Below, piece after piece: positions 14,440 to 23,328 of a stretch of 32,000 bases of DNA. The stretch's first letter is position 1. Each line of letters opens with the position of its first letter. The stretch lies in contig CAXXHW010000001.1 of the NCBI GenBank assembly GCA_963666265.2, positions 566,088-598,087 of the forward strand, in the 5' to 3' direction. The stretch is from Dehalococcoidia bacterium (lineage in GTDB: Bacteria > Chloroflexota > Dehalococcoidia > SHYB01). A program made the position numbers and the translations under genes. The notes under the pieces were generated by a model. That model made no database searches, had not been told where the DNA came from, and saw only the letters and a program-made list of their open reading frames with translations.

Positions 14440-15809
14440 GGGGCCCGCATGGTCTCCCTGGCGGCGAAGATGCCGCTCCGCACCGCGCTCTCCATGGTAG
14501 AGGGCCAGCCCGTATCAGTCCAGGCGCCTGCCAGGAACAGGTTGGGCACGGGCGTGCGGGAGGGCAGGCGGTTCGCCGCCGAGCCGGGGCTTGCCGTGAA
14601 GGTCGCGTAGCGCTCCTTGACGATGGTGTAATGGAGCACGGTGGCCTCCCGGCTGGCCGGTACGTGGCGGTGCAGCTCGTCGATCATCAGGGTGTAGAGC
14701 GCCTCCTGCGGCATATCGATGTACTTGTGGGCGGCGCTCAGGGAGATACAGAGGTACTGGCCCGAGCCGCCGTCCATCCCGTGGATCTCGCTCTTGTTGA
14801 AGAGCCACTGAAGCTCGCTGTCCAGGTAGGCGGCGAAGCTGCTGTCCGTTACTTTCCTGTCGAGCCAGAGATAGACGTTTACGATGGGGGACATGGCCAT
14901 GTTGGCCGCCTTCCGAAAGAACTCGTGCTCTTGAAGGGCAGGCGGAAGTAGGTCCAGGAGCTTGTTAGGGGGGACGGCCAGGATGTAGGCGTCTGCCTGG
15001 TGGACAGCCCCGCCATGGGTCGTCACGCTATCGATTCCTTCCACGGTACCGTCGAGACGAGCGGCGCTTTGGCCCAGAATAAGGCGGCCGTCTCGGGCCT
15101 CGATGTACCGGCTAGCCTCGTCGACGAGGAGTGTCGAGAGCCCCACCTTCGCGTAGCCCATGTCGGCGGCGTGGGGGTCCGCGAGAAACCCCACCTGGAA
15201 GATCATGATCGCCTGGGCGGCGCTGACGGCCCGGGCGTCGTCGTTGAGCGTCGGCAGGATGACCAGGTTCCAGAAGTTATCGATAGACCTTTCCGATTGC
15301 CGATGGGCCATGAGCCAATCGTAAAAGGTAACGTTGTCCAGACCGCGCCGCTTGCCTTCTGAGATGCGGCGCATAGAGGCGGCGGCATACCCGATGCGGA
15401 GCTTGTCACTCCAAGAAAGATGGCGATAGGTCAGAAGCGATGGCAACAGGTGCAGGGGGGATGGGAGGCGGGAGCCGGAGAGCACCGAGGCGTGTCCCTC
15501 AGCGCCCACTACCTTGACGGACAGCCGCTCTTGCAGGTAGGTCTTGTCGAGGACGCCCAGCCGCTTGAGCAGGTCGATGTAATAGGTGCAGCACTTCATG
15601 AAGACGTGCTGTCCGTTGTCGACCTCAGACCCGTTCTTCTTGTCCGTAAAGGAATAGGTGCGACCGCCCAGGTAGGGCCGTCTTTCCAGCAGGTCAACCT
15701 GGTAACCGCCGTCCGCCAGCTCGCTGGCCGCCGTAATGCCGGCCAGCCCGCCCCCTACGACGAGGACTTTGCGTTGGGCAGAAGACTTTTCAACGTCGTT
15801 GTCGTCCAT
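14436..15809 (-). CDS. hpnE: hydroxysqualene dehydroxylase (FAD-dependent amine-oxidase/phytoene-desaturase fold)
   Basis: 457 aa. KVLVVGGGLAGITAASELADGGYQVDLLERRPYLGGR dinucleotide motif. Positioned directly after hpnC-hpnD, as in known hopanoid clusters. Confidence 0.85.
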   Translation of the reverse strand: MDDNDVEKSSAQRKVLVVGGGLAGITAASELADGGYQVDLLERRPYLGGRTYSFTDKKNGSEVDNGQHVFMKCCTYYIDLLKRLGVLDKTYLQERLSVKVVGAEGHASVLSGSRLPSPLHLLPSLLTYRHLSWSDKLRIGYAAASMRRISEGKRRGLDNVTFYDWLMAHRQSERSIDNFWNLVILPTLNDDARAVSAAQAIMIFQVGFLADPHAADMGYAKVGLSTLLVDEASRYIEARDGRLILGQSAARLDGTVEGIDSVTTHGGAVHQADAYILAVPPNKLLDLLPPALQEHEFFRKAANMAMSPIVNVYLWLDRKVTDSSFAAYLDSELQWLFNKSEIHGMDGGSGQYLCISLSAAHKYIDMPQEALYTLMIDELHRHVPASREATVLHYTIVKERYATFTASPGSAANRLPSRTPVPNLFLAGAWTDTGWPSTMESAVRSGIFAARETMRAP

Positions 15810-16660
15810 ATCTTTCCAGCGAGCCAGATCTTGTGGGGGGTCGAGAGACGCACCCTGTGGTGATACACATTGTAGCCGTTGGCCTCAATGCGCTTCAGCA
15901 GCTCGCTGTACAGGCCTCGAAGGATAGCGGGACAAGAGCGAGAGCGAAAGGGCACCAGGGGCAGCATGCGGCTCCCCTCCTTGAAGTAGTGCCTGGCCCG
16001 CTCTGCCTGAAAGGCCATCATCTGCACGAACTGGTCGTTGACCACGCCTTGTAACAGGTCGCTCTCCGTATAGCCAAACCGTTCCAGGTCCTCCATGGGC
16101 AGGTAGATGCGGTCCCGATCCGAGTCCTCCTTGATATCCCGAAGGATGTTGACCAGCTGCATCGCGATTCCCAAGTCTATGGCGGACTGCTTGGCCTGGG
16201 AGTCGGAGTAACCGAAAATCTCGACGCAGACCAGGCCCACGACCGATGCTACGCGGTAACAGTAGGTATACAGGTCCTCGAAGGTTGCGTAGCGGGAGAC
16301 GGTGAGGTCCATTTCGACGCCGCTGATGATGTCATCGAAGTATTCGTGAGGGATCCGGTAGCGCTGCACCACGTCGTACAGGGCGACGAAGACCGGGCCT
16401 TCGGGCTCTCCTTTTAGGCACGCATGCAGCTGATCACGGTACTGCGCCAGAAGCCTGACCTTCTGTTCCAGCTCGATATCGTCGTCGGAGTAGTCGTCGC
16501 ATCCCCTGCAGAAGGCATAGGCAACGTAGATAGCCCGGCGTTGCTGCGCCGGTAGGGAGAGGAACGCGAAGTAGAAGTTACGGGCCCGGTCGCAGGTTAA
16601 CGCCTGGCAGAAGCGGTATGATTCCTCCAAGGACGTTTCCGTGGCGGCTCCGCTAGCCAT
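15755..16660 (-). CDS. hpnD: presqualene diphosphate synthase (squalene/phytoene synthase fold)
   Basis: Track ORF 15755..16789 trimmed to ATG 16658-16660, which overlaps the hpnC stop (ATGGCTAG). SYRFCQALT..ARNFYFAFLSLP..RRAIYVAYAFCRGCDDYSDD and DIKEDSDRDRIYLP Asp-rich motifs. Confidence 0.85.
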   Translation of the reverse strand: MASGAATETSLEESYRFCQALTCDRARNFYFAFLSLPAQQRRAIYVAYAFCRGCDDYSDDDIELEQKVRLLAQYRDQLHACLKGEPEGPVFVALYDVVQRYRIPHEYFDDIISGVEMDLTVSRYATFEDLYTYCYRVASVVGLVCVEIFGYSDSQAKQSAIDLGIAMQLVNILRDIKEDSDRDRIYLPMEDLERFGYTESDLLQGVVNDQFVQMMAFQAERARHYFKEGSRMLPLVPFRSRSCPAILRGLYSELLKRIEANGYNVYHHRVRLSTPHKIWLAGKIWTTTTLKSLLPNAKSSS

Positions 16661-17549
16661 GACTTCGACCGCCCGTTGCCCGTTGGAGAGCCAGCTTCGC
16701 CAGCGCGCCGAGGGCCAGCCGGGTCTTCTTCGCCTTGGACACCACGGGGCGCTTGGAGAGAACGTCGTACCCCTGTTGCTCAATCGCATCGAGGACGGCC
16801 AGTCCTCCCATGGTGAACAGCTTCAGGTCCAAGCGCAGCTCCCCATGGACCGTGTCGACCAGCTTCACGCCTTCGTGGAACAGGGACCGGGCCCGGTCCA
16901 CCTCGACTGCCATCAGGTCTCGAAACTGGGGATTGAACTCGCCGCGGGCCAGCTCCTCCTCGGTATAGCCGAAACGCTCCATGTCTTCCAGGGGTAGGTA
17001 GATGCGGCCCATGGCGTAGTCCCGCCGCACGTCCTGCCAGAAGTTCGCCAGTTGCAGCGCCGTGCACGTGGCGTCGGAAAGCCGGTGGCGCTCTGGGTCG
17101 GCGTAACCGAAGACATAGAGGACCATGCGCCCCACCGGGTTGGCGGAGTGCTCGCAGTAATGCAGGACATCGGCATACGTGGGGTAACGTTGGCTCCGCT
17201 GGTCCATCCGGTTGGCCTCTATCAGCTTGAGGAAGGGCTCGGGCGGTATGTCGTGCCTGCGGATGGTCTGCTGGAGGGCCGTCATGATCTGCTCGTGGGG
17301 AGAGCCGTCATAGCACAGCCGGAGCTCCTTTTCCCAGAGGTCCAGTAGCTCCAGGCGCTCCCCCGCCGCCTCGTCGCCCAGGTCGTCCGTATGGCGGCAG
17401 AAGGCGTAGACGCTGAAGGTGGATGGCCGCAGGGCCTTGGGGAGAAGCCAGGAGCCGACGGTGAAGTTTTCATAATGACCCTTGGCCAGCCGCTCGCAAT
17501 AGGCAAAGGCCTCCTCCACCGTTGAAGCCTTAGACTGGGTGTCTACCAT
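16653..17549 (-). CDS. hpnC: hydroxysqualene synthase (squalene/phytoene synthase fold)
   Basis: 298 aa. AFAYCERLAKGHYENFTVGSWLLP...VYAFCRHTDDLGDE and DVRRDYAMGRIYLP. The HYENF motif is typical of HpnC. Confidence 0.85.
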   Translation of the reverse strand: MVDTQSKASTVEEAFAYCERLAKGHYENFTVGSWLLPKALRPSTFSVYAFCRHTDDLGDEAAGERLELLDLWEKELRLCYDGSPHEQIMTALQQTIRRHDIPPEPFLKLIEANRMDQRSQRYPTYADVLHYCEHSANPVGRMVLYVFGYADPERHRLSDATCTALQLANFWQDVRRDYAMGRIYLPLEDMERFGYTEEELARGEFNPQFRDLMAVEVDRARSLFHEGVKLVDTVHGELRLDLKLFTMGGLAVLDAIEQQGYDVLSKRPVVSKAKKTRLALGALAKLALQRATGGRSHG

Positions 17550-17602
17550 CGTTTCCCGTCCGCCGTACAGGGTAGCGTGCTACGCCCGTACCAACCTCCG
17601 TC

Positions 17603-18811
17603 TCAAGAGCCCCATCTCTTCTCGACATAATCCTCGACCATCTTTATAAAATCCTCGGCGATGCCGGACCCTTCCAGGAAGGTCGTGCGTTCCCCGTCAA
17701 CGAAAACCGGCGCTCTTGGCGACTCCCCTGATCCCGGCAACGATATGCCGATATTTGCGGTCCTGGACTCCCCAGGGCCGTTGACCACGCATCCCATGAC
17801 CGCCACCTTGAGCTCTTCCGCTCCCGCATAGCGCGCCTTCCACTGTGGCATCTTCGAGTCCAGGTGCGCCTGTATGTCCCGTGCAAGCTCCCGGAACAGG
17901 ACGGAAGTGGTGCGGCCGCACCCTGGGCAGGCCGTCACGGCAGGCCGGAAGGAGCGCAGCTGCAAAGCCTGCAAGATCTCCTGGCATAGCCGCACCTCGC
18001 GGGCCCGGTCTCCTCCGGGCTCGGGGGTAAGGCTGGACCTGATTGTGTCTCCTATGCCGTCGTAGAGGAGTGTGGAAAGGGCCGCGGTGGTGGCGACGAT
18101 CCCTTTGGTGCCCATGCCGGCCTCGGTTAGGCCGATGTGGAGAGGGAGGTCACAGCGTCGGGAGATCTCTCGGTAGGCCTCTACCATCTGGGGGAGGCGG
18201 GACACCTTGCAGGAGATAATGATCTTATTCTCCGGCAGTCCGAGCGAGACGGCGGCCTCTGCGCTGGCGATGGCGCTCTCCACCAGCGCTTCCCGCTCGA
18301 CCTCATCGCCGGTGAGGGGCGACTGTCGCTGGTTATTGGCGTCCATCTTCTGGCCGAGGAGTTCCTGGTCCAGACTGCCGGCGTTAACCCCGATTCTGAC
18401 GGGCTTATCCAGCTCCCGGGCGATCTCGATGAAGGTGCGAAAGTTGTCATCATGCCGAGGGCCTCGGCCCACATTACCGGGGTTTATGCGGTACTTTTCC
18501 AGTGTCTTTGCGCAGTCCGGGTGGTCTCGGAGGAGGCGGTGCCCGATAAAATGGAAGTCGCCGATGAGGGGAACCCCACAGCCTACGTCGTCAAGCCGTT
18601 TCCGAATCTCCGGCACCGCCGCGGCAGCCGCATCGTTGTTGACGGTCACCCGGACAAGCTCGCTTCCGGCTTCGGCCAGGAGCTTCACCTGGGCGACGGT
18701 CGCCCGAATGTCCGAGGTCTCGGTGTCCGTCATCGACTGAACGACGATGGGGTTTTCACCACCGATGGGCACACTGCCTACAAAGGTTACTTTTGTTGGG
18801 CGCCTTTTCAC
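17603..18811 (-). CDS. ispG: 4-hydroxy-3-methylbut-2-en-1-yl diphosphate synthase (MEP pathway)
   Basis: 402 aa. GTG start 3 nt after the shc stop. [32 protein letters not shown] and GCVVNGPGE Fe-S ligand blocks. Confidence 0.92.
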   Translation of the reverse strand: MKRRPTKVTFVGSVPIGGENPIVVQSMTDTETSDIRATVAQVKLLAEAGSELVRVTVNNDAAAAAVPEIRKRLDDVGCGVPLIGDFHFIGHRLLRDHPDCAKTLEKYRINPGNVGRGPRHDDNFRTFIEIARELDKPVRIGVNAGSLDQELLGQKMDANNQRQSPLTGDEVEREALVESAIASAEAAVSLGLPENKIIISCKVSRLPQMVEAYREISRRCDLPLHIGLTEAGMGTKGIVATTAALSTLLYDGIGDTIRSSLTPEPGGDRAREVRLCQEILQALQLRSFRPAVTACPGCGRTTSVLFRELARDIQAHLDSKMPQWKARYAGAEELKVAVMGCVVNGPGESRTANIGISLPGSGESPRAPVFVDGERTTFLEGSGIAEDFIKMVEDYVEKRWGS

Positions 18812-18814
18812 CGG

Positions 18815-20809
18815 CTACCGCCCTCCGGAGTCGCCTTCGGCTGCCTGCCGATACTGGCCCAGGGCCATCAGCGGCCAATAATCACGGTACATGTGATAGT
18901 TGATCATGAAGTCGTTGGGAAATCCTGTTCCAGTGAACTCGGGTTCATCCCAGGAGCCGTGCCCTTGCTGTTTCATCAGGAGATATTCTACGCCCCTCCG
19001 GGCGGCGTGGCCGGCGGCGTCCCCAGAGGCTATTAGGGCCAGGAGCGCCCAGCTGGTCTGGGAAGGAGTACTGGGTCCCTGGCCGCCCCGGGAAGGGTCC
19101 TTATAGGACTCGCAGCCCTCGCCCCAGCCGCCATCAGGCTGCTGGCGCTTCTCCAGCCAGCTTACCGACTTGCGAATATAGGGTTGGCTCATGTCCTCCC
19201 CAGCCCATTTGAGGGCCGGCACGACCGCTCCCAGGCCGTAGAGATAGTTGACGCCCCAACGTCCCCACCAGGAACCGTCCGGTAGCTGGGTTTCCTTGAG
19301 GTAGGCCACGCCCCGCTCGATCGCCTGAGACGTGCCCCTGAGCCCCAGCCGTCCAAGCATCTCCACCATGTGGCCGGAGACATCCTCCGTCGGGGGGTCC
19401 AGTACCTCACCGAAGTCGCAGAATGGGATGTGGGTGACCCACTCCTTGGCGTTGTCTACGTCAAATGAGCCCCAGCCTCCGTTCTTGCTCTGCATGCTCA
19501 TCGTCCAATCGACACCACGTTGGATGGCGCGCCGCATCCTGGGGTCGTCGTTCCACTGCATCTTATGCAAGGCGATCAGGATTATCGCCGCGTCGTCGAT
19601 GTCCGGGTAGTTATCGTTTTTGAACTCGAAGGGCCAGCCCCCCGGGAGGGTGTTAGGGTTCTTGACCTGCCAGTCTCCTCCGCGGTCCAGAATTTGCTGC
19701 TTGATAAGCCATTCGGCGCCGTTCACCAGGGCAGGATGGCTCGGCGGTAGGCCGGAGTCTTGCAGGGCGAGCATGGCGAGGCACGTGTCCCAGCCGGGAG
19801 ATACGCACGGCTCCGTATGGAGAGTCTCGTCTGTTTCTCTCATGAAGGCATCGAATCCCTGGATCCCCGCTTTCATCACAGGATGGTCGATGGAGTAGCC
19901 GAGGGTGTGGAGCGCCATAAGGGAGTAGACCCAAGGGGGCTGGATGCCTCCCCAGGTGCCGTCCTCTTCCTGGCGGGCGATGATCCACTGCTCTGCTTTG
20001 CGAAGAGCGGTCCGGCGAATGGGGTTCCACGGGGATGCTTCCAGTAGCCGCAGCGATTTATCCACTCCACGGAAGAGCCCGTTCCAACTGAGCAGATCCC
20101 CCTTTTTCCCGTAGGAAGAAGAGGTCCGGTCGCGGCCTGATGGGAACAGCTCGTCCAGCTGCGCCCACTCGGGTACCTCGCAGACGGGCTTGAGAGTGAG
20201 CAGGATGGTGCAGGCGACGATGGTGCCCCGCGCCCAGGAGGCGAATTCATAGATGTTGAAGGGGAACCAGCTGGGGAGAAGGACCAGCTCCGCGGGCAAA
20301 ACGGGTGTGTCACGCCAGTCCCATTGCCCGAACATGGCCAGCCACATCTTCGTAAAGATTCGGACGTTGGGCAGGCCGCCCTGGGCGAGGATGAACCGTC
20401 TCGCCTTTGTCCTGGCAGGGTCGTTGGGGTCCACGCCCGCCAACTTCATGGCGAAGTAGGCTTCCGTGGTGATGCTCAGGTCTCCGGGGGCCCCGTACCA
20501 GATAGGCCAGCCTCCGTCCGGAAGCTGTTTGGATTTCAAATAGCTGACAATCTTCCCCCAGCGTTTGGGGTCCGGTATTCCCAGGAAATGGGTCAGCAGG
20601 ACGAACTCAGCATGGATGGAGCAGTTCGCCTCAAGCTCGCCCCACCAGTATCCCTCTGGGTACTGGAGTCCCAGGAGGTACTCTCTGGACCGTTCGATAG
20701 CCCGGTCCAGCTCAGTCGAGACCCCGCGGTGCGTCGCCGCACCGTTAAAGGGCGGCGCTGCGCTGGCGGGCTGGGCCTGGGTGAGCTCACGCAGCTGACC
20801 GTCACTCAT
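18815..20809 (-). CDS. shc: squalene-hopene cyclase
   Basis: Track ORF trimmed to ATG 20807-20809 (GGAGGAG upstream), which overlaps the hpnG stop (ATGAGTGA). DxDD-type protonation motif YPDIDDAA. Multiple QW repeats (QLPDGSWWGRWG, QQPDGGWGE, QGHGSWDE, QEEDGTWGG). Confidence 0.93.
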   Translation of the reverse strand: MSDGQLRELTQAQPASAAPPFNGAATHRGVSTELDRAIERSREYLLGLQYPEGYWWGELEANCSIHAEFVLLTHFLGIPDPKRWGKIVSYLKSKQLPDGGWPIWYGAPGDLSITTEAYFAMKLAGVDPNDPARTKARRFILAQGGLPNVRIFTKMWLAMFGQWDWRDTPVLPAELVLLPSWFPFNIYEFASWARGTIVACTILLTLKPVCEVPEWAQLDELFPSGRDRTSSSYGKKGDLLSWNGLFRGVDKSLRLLEASPWNPIRRTALRKAEQWIIARQEEDGTWGGIQPPWVYSLMALHTLGYSIDHPVMKAGIQGFDAFMRETDETLHTEPCVSPGWDTCLAMLALQDSGLPPSHPALVNGAEWLIKQQILDRGGDWQVKNPNTLPGGWPFEFKNDNYPDIDDAAIILIALHKMQWNDDPRMRRAIQRGVDWTMSMQSKNGGWGSFDVDNAKEWVTHIPFCDFGEVLDPPTEDVSGHMVEMLGRLGLRGTSQAIERGVAYLKETQLPDGSWWGRWGVNYLYGLGAVVPALKWAGEDMSQPYIRKSVSWLEKRQQPDGGWGEGCESYKDPSRGGQGPSTPSQTSWALLALIASGDAAGHAARRGVEYLLMKQQGHGSWDEPEFTGTGFPNDFMINYHMYRDYWPLMALGQYRQAAEGDSGGR

Positions 20810-21650
20810 GGTGCTCCTCCCCGGTGTTGCCACAAATCTTAGAAAAGAAAAGGGAGGCAAAGGCCCCCAAATTGTTGCTGGCGCGGCGGGCTCGCCGTGC
20901 CAGACTCGGTACGCTGAGCAAATCCTTGGGATGCGTCAAGAAATACAGGGCAGCGCTCAATGGCCGGACCTCGCCCATCTCATCTTCGAAACGCCCGTAG
21001 TCTGGCAGCGGGTCATCTGCCCTATCGGAGACCGCCCTCACGGCGAGAAAAGGCACCCCATGCTTCTTTGCAACCTCTCCTATCCAGTAGCTCTCCATCT
21101 CTACGGCCTTGACAGGATAGCGTGTCCCCAACCATTTTTTCATCACCGGCCCCATGACGTTCGGCACGGTCATGAGGTCCCCGGTATGCGTAGGTATGCC
21201 TTCATCCTTCAGTACCAGTGTCGCCGCCTCCAGTAACGCGCTGTCAGAAGTTACGTCGTTTCCATCCAGCCGTTCACCCTGAGCTTGTCGAAAGGCGTCC
21301 TCTGATTCGGCAAACTCGCCACGAGCGGGGCTTTTTATCTTCGCGATGGCCTCAGCGTCCAGGGGGTAAACCCTCTCGCCCAGGACCAGATCTCCTCCTT
21401 CTACTTCCTGGGCCACGCCCCCGGCTAAGCCTATGGAAATGAGGGCCTCCGGACGGCATGTCTCCATGACAGCGAGAGCGCCTTCACGGGCCCGTTCTTT
21501 TCCTATCCCCGATTGGACCAGGGCGACCGGCAATCGGCCGACGGTGCCACGGCGGATGATACAGCCCCGGACGCGTGACTGCTGCTGGACCTGGACCAGC
21601 GGCTCCAGGCGGCTCAGTTCCCTGCCAAGGGCTGCGATGAAGACCAGCAC
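20802..21650 (-). CDS. hpnG: hopanoid-associated nucleoside phosphorylase-family protein (adenosylhopane nucleosidase type)
   Basis: 282 aa, GTG start immediately following the orf132 stop. PNP_UDP_1-like blocks: SGIGKERA, LISIGLAGG, VEMESYWIGEVAKKHGVPFLAVRAVSDRADD. The hpnG assignment rests on fold plus position between hpnH and shc. Confidence 0.75.
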   Translation of the reverse strand: MLVFIAALGRELSRLEPLVQVQQQSRVRGCIIRRGTVGRLPVALVQSGIGKERAREGALAVMETCRPEALISIGLAGGVAQEVEGGDLVLGERVYPLDAEAIAKIKSPARGEFAESEDAFRQAQGERLDGNDVTSDSALLEAATLVLKDEGIPTHTGDLMTVPNVMGPVMKKWLGTRYPVKAVEMESYWIGEVAKKHGVPFLAVRAVSDRADDPLPDYGRFEDEMGEVRPLSAALYFLTHPKDLLSVPSLARRARRASNNLGAFASLFFSKICGNTGEEHHE

Positions 21651-22049
21651 TTAGTCCACGCTCCCTGGCCCGGTGTCACTCGTTGAGTCTGCTCCATGAC
21701 CTGCCGCCTCGCGGGCAAGGCCGTCCTTCTCCCGTTGCTTGCGATCTACCCAGGCCTGCCAGGACTTGCCTGCGGCGGTGTCCCTGCCGGTGAACTTGAT
21801 AGTCGCTATGTCAGCATAGACGAGGGTGTACGGTCCATTCCCTTCTTCATCTATGACCTGAATGAAGGGCTCGGGCGCCTCGCGGTTTCTGTTGAAGATG
21901 TAGCCCACGATCTCGGAGCCGTCCGTCTTGACGATGGTGGTGTTCCCCCGATAGTCGAACGCCAGGTCAATGATGCGCTCCAGAGTCACCTCTCCGCCAA
22001 GCTCCGGCGTCCAGCCCTGTAGACTTTTCTCCTCGGTCATTACAACCAC
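21651..22049 (-). CDS. hypothetical protein (132 aa) embedded between hpnH and hpnG
   Basis: GTG 22049 (GAGGG 6 nt upstream) or ATG 22040. Soluble, no TM segment. EVTLERIIDLAFDYRGNTTIVKTDGSEIVGYIFNRN...YADIATIKFTGRDTAAGKSWQAWV plus an acidic/Ser-Thr tail. No family recognised. Confidence 0.6.
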   Translation of the reverse strand: MVVMTEEKSLQGWTPELGGEVTLERIIDLAFDYRGNTTIVKTDGSEIVGYIFNRNREAPEPFIQVIDEEGNGPYTLVYADIATIKFTGRDTAAGKSWQAWVDRKQREKDGLAREAAGHGADSTSDTGPGSVD

Positions 22050-22109
22050 TCTTTACCCTCTAAGCGAATGAGTACGCCGTTAATGGGGAATACCCCCATG
22101 TGATCAATA

Positions 22110-23132
22110 TCAAAGTTTCCCGGTAACCGTTGTTAAGGCCGTGTTCCAAATCCCTCTCACGGACCCAAAGGTCTCGTTGACGGCCGTCGCCTCATAGCCG
22201 CAGTGGACCAGGCAGTCGGCACATTTTTCGTTGCCGCTGCTCCTGCCGTAGTTTTCCCATGCGGTCTCCTCAATCAGCTCTTTAAAAGTCTCCGCATACC
22301 CCTCTTGAAGCAGATAACACGGTCGCTGCCATCCAAACATGTTGTACAAAGGGTTGCCCCAGGGGGTGCACTCGTAGTCGTGCTTGCCCATCAGGAACTG
22401 GAGAAAGAGGGGTGATTGGTTAAATTTCCATTCCTTTTTCTTGTTGGATAGAATATCGCTAAAAAGGTTGTTGGTCCGCTCCTTCCGCAGGAAATGTTCC
22501 TTGTTTGGCGCCTTGGCGTAGCTGTATCCGGGAGAGATCATCATCCCCTCGATGTCGAGGTCCATCATCTCATCAAAGAATTCCCGGACTTGCAAAGGGG
22601 CGGCATTGTCGAAAAGAGTGGTGTTGGTGGTCACCCGAAAGCCGCGCGCGACGGCCTCTTTGATTCCCTCGACTGCTTGATCGTAGACTCCATCCCGGCA
22701 CACGGACTCGTCATGCGCCTCTCTCAGACCGTCCATGTGGACGCTGAAGCTCAGGTATTTTGAAGGGGTGAAGGCCCCTTTTTGCAGAGTATCCTTCAGC
22801 AGGATGGCGTTAGTGCACAGATAGATATATTTGCCGCGCTTCTCCAGGCCCTCCACCAACTCATGAATGTGTGGGTACATGAGGGGTTCCCCACCGGCGA
22901 TACTGACCATTGGGGCTCCGCATTCGTCGACTGCCTCCAGCGCCTTTTCCAGGGGCATGTTTTTCTTGATAATCTGGGATGGATACTGGATCTTGCCGCA
23001 GCCGGAGCAGGCTAGATTACAACGGAAAAGCGGCTCCAACATGAGGACCAGTGGATACTTCTGTCTCCTGGCCAATTTCTGCTTCAAGACGTAACTCGTC
23101 ACTGCCCATGCCTGGGATACCGGCACTCCCAT
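22110..23132 (-). CDS. hpnH: adenosylhopane synthase (radical SAM)
   Basis: 340 aa. YPLVLMLEPLFRCNLACSGCGKI (CxxxCxxC). Overall collinearity with HpnH-type radical SAM proteins, including the C-terminal Cys-rich CADCLVHCGYE. Confidence 0.9.
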   Translation of the reverse strand: MGVPVSQAWAVTSYVLKQKLARRQKYPLVLMLEPLFRCNLACSGCGKIQYPSQIIKKNMPLEKALEAVDECGAPMVSIAGGEPLMYPHIHELVEGLEKRGKYIYLCTNAILLKDTLQKGAFTPSKYLSFSVHMDGLREAHDESVCRDGVYDQAVEGIKEAVARGFRVTTNTTLFDNAAPLQVREFFDEMMDLDIEGMMISPGYSYAKAPNKEHFLRKERTNNLFSDILSNKKKEWKFNQSPLFLQFLMGKHDYECTPWGNPLYNMFGWQRPCYLLQEGYAETFKELIEETAWENYGRSSGNEKCADCLVHCGYEATAVNETFGSVRGIWNTALTTVTGKL

Positions 23133-23180
23133 ACTTACAGCCCCGTTCCTAGTCGCTCATCAGTGCTGTGAAACGTGCTC

Positions 23181-23189
23181 ATGATAGCA
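23181..23189 (-). promoter_or_regulatory. candidate extended -10 promoter element (TGcTATCAT) for hpnH
   Basis: Reverse strand reads ggcttaTGcTATCATgagc about 45 nt upstream of the hpnH ATG, inside a 196-nt gap. No convincing -35. Confidence 0.3.
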
Positions 23190-23328
23190 TAAGCCACTCT
23201 GGTGGGTATGCTCCGCCCCGGAGGTCCCGTGCCCGTTGCCGTAGTCCCCGCGTGCCTGAACGTGCCCAAGGATAAGAGCGATACGACAGGGTTCGCGCGG
23301 AGGAAGTGGAGATACATGTACGGGGACA

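Noticed and set aside
18137-19036. 299-aa forward ORF antisense to ispG/shc
   Set aside because: It runs across the ispG-shc junction on the opposite strand, has low-complexity composition and no family resemblance.
20810-20860. N-terminal extensions given by the ORF track: shc to 20860, bcp to 2075, hpnD to 16789, aldolase to 11683, kinase to 13181, acyl-CoA dehydrogenase from 28967, greA-like from 26834
   Set aside because: In each case an internal start codon with a good Shine-Dalgarno coincides with the conserved family N-terminus. It also removes overlap with the upstream gene or with an intergenic repeat.
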